A stretch of 64,000 bases of DNA from an uncultured virus (IMG/VR IMGVR_UViG_3300028454_001266) (lineage: Duplodnaviria; Heunggongvirae; Uroviricota; Caudoviricetes). The stretch lies in the IMG/VR virus record IMGVR_UViG_3300028454_001266; one strand, written 5' to 3'. Below, piece by piece: positions 38,923 to 46,600 of this stretch. The translations under genes were made by a program, and so were the position numbers. Under the pieces are notes generated by a model. The model was not told the origin of the DNA and did not search any database. It saw only the letters and a program-made list of their open reading frames with translations. Positions within the stretch are counted from its first letter, which is position 1; each line of letters starts with the position of its first letter.

Positions 38923-39549
38923 TCAGCCCGCAGCGGTGAGCGTGAATCCGGAATCCGTGCCGAAAAGCTCCATCAGGATTCTGGGGCTGTACAGCCGCTG
39001 TTCCATCTGCTGCACCTGCTTGCTGACCTTGCCAGTGGAGAATGCGCTCGCATCCCCGCTCAGGACGAAGTTGGCCTTCGCTATCTCATCCTTGAGGAAG
39101 CGCCTGCGCGTCAGACGCTCGTGGAGCATCTTGTATGCCTTGTAGCCCTTGGATGCGTCCAGAGCAAAGAACTCGATGTAGTGCTGGATGTCTGTGACCT
39201 CCAACTCCACCGCACGCAGGTCGTCCAGACACTGATCGCGGTAGGTGAACAGGCTTTTGAATAGTTTCTGCTGCGCGGAGGTGACGTCCTCCCAGTTGAA
39301 CTCGCCTTCGATGACTTTGGGCGGTTCCTCAACGGGGATCGGCTCCGGCGCGGGGAATGCCATGCAATCCACCTCGTTCACGATTTCCCAGCAGTTTCGG
39401 AAGTTGGCGTTCACATTGTTCTTGAGCGCGCTCTGCGCGCGATCATAGGTGAATCTCTGAGCTGCGGGGAGATGGGATACTCTGGTGAGCTTCCCGTTTC
39501 TGAGCGTACCGTAGCCGCCTTCTTTATGACGAATTACGAAGTTATCCAT
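38923..39549 (-). CDS. Phage/ICE-type hypothetical coiled-coil protein
   Basis: DIQHYIEF..LDASKGYKAYKML...RRFLKDE...YSPRIL; AGGAGG RBS. Confidence 0.75.
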   Translation of the reverse strand: MDNFVIRHKEGGYGTLRNGKLTRVSHLPAAQRFTYDRAQSALKNNVNANFRNCWEIVNEVDCMAFPAPEPIPVEEPPKVIEGEFNWEDVTSAQQKLFKSLFTYRDQCLDDLRAVELEVTDIQHYIEFFALDASKGYKAYKMLHERLTRRRFLKDEIAKANFVLSGDASAFSTGKVSKQVQQMEQRLYSPRILMELFGTDSGFTLTAAG

Positions 39550-39595
39550 GATATCCTCCTGTTCCCGTAAGTCCTGTCTTTTCTTCGTTGTACAC

Positions 39596-39633
39596 ACTAT
39601 AGCACGTCTACTGTCCCATAAACCTCCCTATAG
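39596..39633 (-). promoter_or_regulatory. Shared promoter motif, copy 3
   Basis: Minus strand CTATAGGGAGGTTTATGGGACAGTAG-acgtgc-TATAGT (extended -10). Confidence 0.75.
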
Positions 39634-39767
39634 AAGTTTTCTGCGCCCCGTGTTCTCGCGGCTGTTTAACACTTTCGTAATGCTTTTTGGGTGTATTTCT
39701 TAAAACATAGCCGATATTCTAGGACTGCAAGTGCAGAGGGCAAGAGCTTTTTCATTATTTCTCCTTT

Positions 39768-39798
39768 GATAAGAGGCACCGTTACGGTGCCTCTTATC
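39768..39798. repeat. Perfect 14-bp inverted repeat
   Basis: GATAAGAGGCACCG-tta-CGGTGCCTCTTATC. Confidence 0.85.
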
Positions 39799-39828
39799 GC
39801 GCTAGATGAAAATCGACAGCTCTAATAC

Positions 39829-39856
39829 TTGACTTACGCTTCAAAAAGTGTATGAT
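39829..39856 (+). promoter_or_regulatory. sigma-A-like promoter of the nucleotidyltransferase gene
   Basis: TTGACT-16 bp-TATGAT. Confidence 0.5.
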
Positions 39857-39914
39857 ATAACGATTTGACCGAGATGTCAGATGGGCGGCTTGGGGAAAGT
39901 AAGGAGAAATCGCT

Positions 39915-40568
39915 ATGTACCATTGGATCGAGGACAAAGATTTTCTTCGCAGGGCCAAGTCAGAATGCTCCGATATCGTTAATCAACTGGTTCAGGCCAT
40001 CAACAGCGAAGGCAGGATGGTGGTGCGCCAGCACCTTGTCGGCAGCGGCGCGAGAAACCTCGTTGTCCAGAACGCATCAAGGCCGATTGATTTCGACTTC
40101 AACCTTGAGATTCTGGATGCCGGAGACTATCAGATAACCGACTGCCGTGGCATCAAGGAGTATGTCCGAAAAGCGTTTAATCGAATTCTGAACCGAGCGG
40201 ATTGGGGGGACTGTCACGACTCCACATCTGCTCTGACGACAGAAAAGCGTCAGTTCAGAAAAGGGAATCAGACCAGCTTCAGCATCGATCTCTGCATCAT
40301 CAGGGTAGGGCAGGATGGCAGATGGTATCGCCTGATCCACGACAAAACAGGGTTTGTCGCGCTTGACGGCTACGCTTGGAATGAAGCGCAGAAATCGAGA
40401 GGATTAACAGACAAGGTGGACTGGCTGAAGGACAACGACTGCTGGCAGGAAGTACGAGAAACCTATCTCGACAAAAAGAACATGTACCTATCCAGAGGCG
40501 ACCGCAACCATCCGTCGTTCAATGTCTATATTGAGGCTGTCAACGAAGTCTTTTCCAAGTACAATTAG
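39915..40568 (+). CDS. Pol-beta superfamily nucleotidyltransferase (SMODS/CD-NTase-like architecture)
   Basis: LVGSGARNL...IDFDFNL...SIDLCII catalytic pattern; helical C-terminus with HPSFNVYIE. Confidence 0.7.
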   Translation: MYHWIEDKDFLRRAKSECSDIVNQLVQAINSEGRMVVRQHLVGSGARNLVVQNASRPIDFDFNLEILDAGDYQITDCRGIKEYVRKAFNRILNRADWGDCHDSTSALTTEKRQFRKGNQTSFSIDLCIIRVGQDGRWYRLIHDKTGFVALDGYAWNEAQKSRGLTDKVDWLKDNDCWQEVRETYLDKKNMYLSRGDRNHPSFNVYIEAVNEVFSKYN

Positions 40569-40583
40569 GTTTGATACATAAGC

Positions 40584-40622
40584 GTCCCCGCAGCGGCTCT
40601 TTGCAGAATCCGCTGCGGGGAC
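40584..40622. terminator. Bidirectional terminator between NTase and adhesin
   Basis: GTCCCCGCAGCGG...CCGCTGCGGGGAC. Confidence 0.7.
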
Positions 40623-40637
40623 TTCGATTTCTTGGGC

Positions 40638-43600
40638 TTAATACCCTGTCTTGGGCAGCGGCGTGGTCGGTTCATACCGGCGCACGACTGTTGCCCATGC
40701 GGTTGTGGCGGTCTGCCACTCGTTGAGGTACTGGCCGCCGACATCCGCACGGTTGATGATCTGGTAGCCGTCAGCGAGGTCGCCCTTCACCATGACAGTG
40801 AGCGTGGGCTTCACCGAGGAGGCGAAGCCGCTGGCCACGGTGCCGAACTCAAACCTGAAGTCTGTGACGTATTCGCCTTGGGCAAGCCCGAGCGCGGACG
40901 CCGAGAGCGCCAGGGTGTAGTTGTTCGTGGTGAGCAGGTTCTTCGCGAGCACGCGATAGTCGCTGAGGTTGGTCTTGTACATTACGCGGTAGTACAGGCG
41001 CTGGTTGTAGGTGCCTGTCGTGAGGCTCATGGCGTTCGTCGCGTCCGTGGGGATGCGGTCATGCCAGTAGAAGTTGTTCAGCGCGACGTTGGAGGTGTTT
41101 GCGATGTCCGAGAAGTCGTAGCGCATGGACGTGCCCGGCTGCACCTCATAGTTGCCGACCTTCTTGATGGTCACGCCGAGGCTTGCCGGCTTGTCATAGT
41201 CCGAGAGCTTCACGATCTGGCCGGCGTACTCGATTTCCGCCTCCATTTTCTGACCGCTGAGCCGGAAGTAGGCCGGCGCGGACACCTCTTCAACGAAGTA
41301 GCGTCCGAGCGGGAGCGGATCAGAGGCAGCAATGCCGTGGGCATCGGTCACGATGTGGCCGACGACCTTGCCGGAGCGCGCGTGCGTGATCTCATACACC
41401 GCGCCCTTGAGCGGAGCTCCGGCAGGCGTGCCGGTGACTTCGTTCGCCTCAGCCGCGTACTTGCGAACCTGGATCTGGCCGGTGATGGGGTCGTTGGCCC
41501 ATTCGATCTGGATGACCTGACCGGCTTTGACCATGACAGTCTTGATCTGCTTGTCGATGACGTAGCCTTCACACTCCAGCTCACGGATGAAGTATTTGCC
41601 GTCGCGGGTCAGGTTGTCAATATAGATGTAGCCGTTTTGATCGGTCACATACTCGCCGACAGGATGCTGCTCGGCATCGTAGAGAAGGAACTTTGCCCCA
41701 TAGATGCCCTTGCCCGTCACGGAATCAATCTTGTGGATCTCAATCCCGGAGAACGGCGTGTTCGTGATCGTCAGGGTGGTGTTCTCACCGTCATGGATTG
41801 TGAAGTAGTGCGGGGTGTTATCGAGCTTGAAACCGGATACGGTCTCAATCTCCAGTGCGTAATAGTCGCCGGCATCCAGATTGACGTGGACACGGCCGTT
41901 GTCGCCCGTGGTGACGGTATCGACCAGCGCATCGTCCATGCGGCGGATTTCAAAGGTGACGCCGCTGAGCCGTCTGGTCTTGTCTGCCGCGCTCACCTTG
42001 ATGATCTCCAGCCCGCCTTCGGGACTGTTGTAGAAGGTCAAGGTCTGAGCCTCGCCCTTCTTAACCAAAATGCTCTGAGGCGTCGTGTCAAGCACATAGC
42101 CCGCAGCGGTCTTGGTCTCCTTGGCGGTGATCGTCGTGCCCGGCGTCAGCCCAGTCAGCACGATGCGACCGTTAGCATCCGTAGTGTAGATGCCGTTATT
42201 CGGGCCGACGACCGCGCCGGAGCTGTCGGTGATGAGGAACGTGACTCCGGCGATGGGCTTGGTGGTATCCGTGATGAACTTCTGGATGGTCAAGGTTTGC
42301 GTGGAATCATTGAAAATCTCGATGGTCTGGGTATCCGCAGCGCCGACTTCCACCGTGACCGGGGCGTTGTCGAGGATATAGCCGTCCGGAGCCTTGAGCT
42401 CGCGGATTACGATGGTCGAGGGCTGGAGCCCGGTAATGACGATCTCACCGCGCTCATCGGTGACGTACCTGCCGTTGGAGGTGACGCTGCCGCCGAGGTT
42501 GCCGACGAACTCACCATTGGCATAGCAGATTTCGAACTCCGCGCCCTTGAGCACAGCACCGGTTGCGCGATCCCTCTTGATGATCTTGAGCGTGCCTGTG
42601 GGATGGTTGTAGAACGTGAGCTCCTGCACGTCGCCGGACTTGATCTCGATGGACTTGGGCGTACTGTCGAGCACATACCCGTCAGCGGCGCGCAGTTCCT
42701 TGGCCGTGACCGTGATGCCCGGCTCAAGATCCTTGATCTCGATTCTGCCGTTGGCATCGGTCGTGTACTCGCCATTGGTGTTACCGACCGCGCCGCCGTC
42801 GCTCTTCGTGACAAGGAATCGGACGCCGGGGATCGGGGTGGAAGTGCCTTCCACAAACTTCTGGATAATGAGAATGCTCAGGGGCTCGTCGAAGAAGGTC
42901 AGGGTGTTGCCCGAGCCCGCAGTTCCGCTGGAGGCCGCGCCGGTGCCGACCACGATGGTCTGAGGCACGCCGTTGAGGATGTAGCCCTTCACCGTGCGCA
43001 CTTCCTTGGCGATGATTGTCATACCCGGCTTGAGCCCGGTGATGACAATGCGGCCGTTCGAGTCGGTGACATGCTCACCATTCGTAGAGCCGATGGGCGC
43101 GCCGTTGGCATCTGTCACGAGGAAGGTCACGCCAGCGAGCCCGGTCGTGGTGCCTGCGATGAACTTTTGGATGGTAACGCTCTGGAGCGGCGTATTGGTG
43201 AACTTCAGTGTCTGCGTGTCATTCTCGTTCACCTTCACGCTCTTCTCCTCGCTGTCGAGGATGTAACCCTCGGGGGCCTTCGTTTCGCGCACGACATAGG
43301 TGCCCGGCTGGAGCTTCGTAAGGATAATCTGGCCGTTGTCGTCCGTGCTGTACTTGCCCTGCGTGGACGTCGCGCCCTCATGGTCATCGACGTACTGGCC
43401 GTCAATGGTCAGGATCAGGAACTCCGCACCCGGCAGGGCCTCGCCGGTCACACTGTCACGCTTTTCGATGATCAGGGAACCCTTGCGCTGGTTATAGAAA
43501 TTCAGCGTTTGGGCCGCTCCCTGACGGATCAGGATGCTTTGGGGCGTGGTGTCCAGGACATAGCCGGAGACCGTCCGAACTTCCTTTGCCGTAATTGTGG

Positions 43601-46600
43601 TGCCGGGGACAAGCCCAGAGATGACGATCTGGCCATTGCGGTCAGTCTGGAACTCGCCGTTGGAGATGCCGACTACCTGACCGTCGCTCGAAGTCACGAG
43701 GAAGGTCACGCCCTCGATGGGCGTCGTGGTGCCGGTGACGAATTTGTTGATGGTGAGAGTCTGTGTGGGGTCGTTGTAGAAGGTCAGAACCTGCGTGTCG
43801 TCGGGATTGACCACGACTGTCTGCGACCGGCTTTCCTCGTGGATCATGTAGCCGGGAATGGTCTCAACCTCTGTGACGACCAGAGTTCCGGTGACGCCCG
43901 TGATGACGATCTCGCCCGCGCGGTCGGTCTTATACAGGCCGTTCGAGCTGATCTTCCCGTTCTTGTCCGGGACAAACTCGCCGGTCGCGGTCGTGACCTT
44001 GAACGTGACGCCCTCCAGAGGCTGCTGTGTCACGCTGTCGAGCTTCCGGATCGTGAGTGCGCCCTGCCTCTTGTTCCAGAAGGTAAGCTCATGGACCTCA
44101 GAGGACTTGATCCGCACCTGCTTGGGCGTACCGTCCAACACGAACCCGTCCACGGTCTTGACTTCACGAACCGTGATGTCGGTGCCCTGTTCCAGATCCG
44201 TGATGATGATCTCGCCCTCGGCGTTGGTGTACCAAACACCGTCGTTCCGCCCGACAGCGCCGCCGTTCCCGTCAGTGACTTTGAACGCCACGCCCGCCAG
44301 CGGCTCGTTTGCCGTGCCGTCGATGTACTTGTGGATGATGAGTGTGCTCAGCGGGTCGTCGTAGAAGACTAGGCTGTTGCCCGTGCCGACGTTGATCATG
44401 GAGTCGTCGAGCAGTCTCGCGCTGGTTTCAAGGTTGCACGCCTCGATAATGTGCAGATCGGGAGACGATTGCTCGCCGGCATTCACGCCGACAACGATGA
44501 CCTGCGGCGTACCGTCGAGCTCATAACCCTTGACCGATTTGATTTCGCGCACAACCAGCGTTGTGCCGGGGACGAGCCCAGTCAGAACGATTCTGCCGTT
44601 CTTGTCGGTGATGTGCTCACCGTTCGCGCTGCCGACAGGCGTACCCGCGCCATCGGTCACGAGGAATGTCGCGCCAGCGAGCGGCTTGGTCGTGCCTTCG
44701 ATGTACTTCTGGATCACAACCGTTTGCTTGGGGACATTGTAAAATGTGAGCGTCTGCACGTCGTCGGCGTTGACCTTGACGGTCTGCTCCTCGCCGCCGA
44801 GCACATAGCCGTCCGGGGCTCTGGTCTCACGCACCACATAGGTGTCAGGCTCAAGGTTCTCCAGCCAGATCTCGCCGTAGTAGTCGGTCTGGTAGAGGCC
44901 CTTCGTGGAGAGCTGGCCTTCACGGTCGTCCACATAGGTTCCGTCAATGGTAGTGACCTTGAACTCCGCGCCGCCGAGCGGCATGCCGGTCACAGCGTCG
45001 AGCTTGCGGATAATCAGGCCGCCCTTGGGCGCGTTATAGAAGATGATGGCTTGGGCCTCACCCTCCTTGACAACCGCGCTTTGCGGCGTGCTGTCGAGGA
45101 TAAACCCGGAGACGGTCTCCGTCTCACGCGCCGTGATCGTCGTGCCCGGAGCCAAATCGGGAATCACGATTCTGCCGTCTCTGTCGGTGATGAACACGCC
45201 GTTGGCGTTGCCCACCGCCGCACCGGTGCTGTCCGTGACCAGGAACTTCACGCCCGCAATGGGCTCGGTGGTGCCTGTAACAAACTTCTGGATGACGATG
45301 GCACCCTTCGGAGTGTTGGCAAAGGTCAGGGCCTGCGTATCGCCGGCGTTGACCACGACCGTCTGCGGCTGCGGGTCAAGGATGTACCCGTCCGGGGCGG
45401 CGGTCTCAGTGACGATATAGGTGCCGGGCGTCAGCTTCTCCAGCACGATCTGCCCGGTCCGATCCACGGTATACAGGCCATTGCTGCTCGTGAGACCTTC
45501 GTTGTCAGCGGTCAGCTCGCCGTTGGCTGCGACGATTCTGAATTGCGCGCCGGTCAGCGGCTCGCCTGTGGCGCTGTCGATTTTCTGGACGATCAGGGTT
45601 CCCTTGGGCTTGTCCCTGAATTCCAACGTCACGGTTTCATTTGCGCGAATCTTGATTGTCTGCGGAGTGTCGTCCAGAACATAGCCGCTGATCGTGCGCG
45701 ACTCGCGGACAACAACAGTGGAGCCGGGCTTGAGGTTGTTAATCAGAACGCTGCCGGCAAAGTCCGTGGTGAACTTGCCGTTGGCATTGCCAATCACGGT
45801 ACCGTCGCTGTCCGTAACGAAGAACTCTACGCCGCTCAGCGGCGCGCCGGTCAGGGCATCCTTCTTGACGATGAGCAGGCTGCCCATTTTCTGATTGCCA
45901 TACGTCACCGTTACGAAATCTTGGGCCTCGCCGCTCAGATACACGGTTCTGCTGTTTGCGGCGTTGAGGACATAGCCGGCAGGCGCGGAGATCTCGTCGA
46001 TGACATAGGTGCCTTCATCGAGACCTGTGACCTCGATCTGTCCCTTGTCGTCAGTGGGCCACTCGCCGATGGTCGTACCGTCCATGCTGGTCATGTCGTT
46101 GAGGTACTTCATGCGGAACCACGCGCCAGCCAGGGGCTCGCCGGTTTCCTCGTCCATCTTGCGGATCAGGATTGTGCTCAAGGGGATATTCTCGAACGTG
46201 AGCACTTTGTCCCGCCCAGCTGCGATGTAGCATTCCTGAATACCGCTGTCCTTGATGCGATAACCGGCAGGGGCTTCGAGCTCTTCGACTCGATACCAGC
46301 CGTCACGGAGTTTGTCAACCTTGATGAAGCCGTCCGCGTCGGTGTAATACTCGCCGATCAAGTTGAGCTCGCCCGTGAACGTGTGGTTGGACGCATAGGT
46401 GATTCTGAAGAGCGCGCCTTCCACGGGTTCGCCAGTGGCGGAGTCAATCTTCTTGATCGTCAGGCTGGGCTTCGGATAATCCTGAAACTGGACGATTCCC
46501 AAGCGGTTGGGGAACAATGTGATTTGCTGGGGGATCGGATCAAGCAGATACCCGTCAGGCACGCTCTGCTCGGTGATTTCGTACACGCCGGGGTCCATTT

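Noticed and set aside
17874..39633. 27-bp near-identical direct repeats read as attL/attR of a 21.7-kb inserted element
   Set aside because: No integrase between them, a third inverted copy exists, and all copies sit at fixed distance from -10 boxes, which favours a promoter motif; not fully excluded
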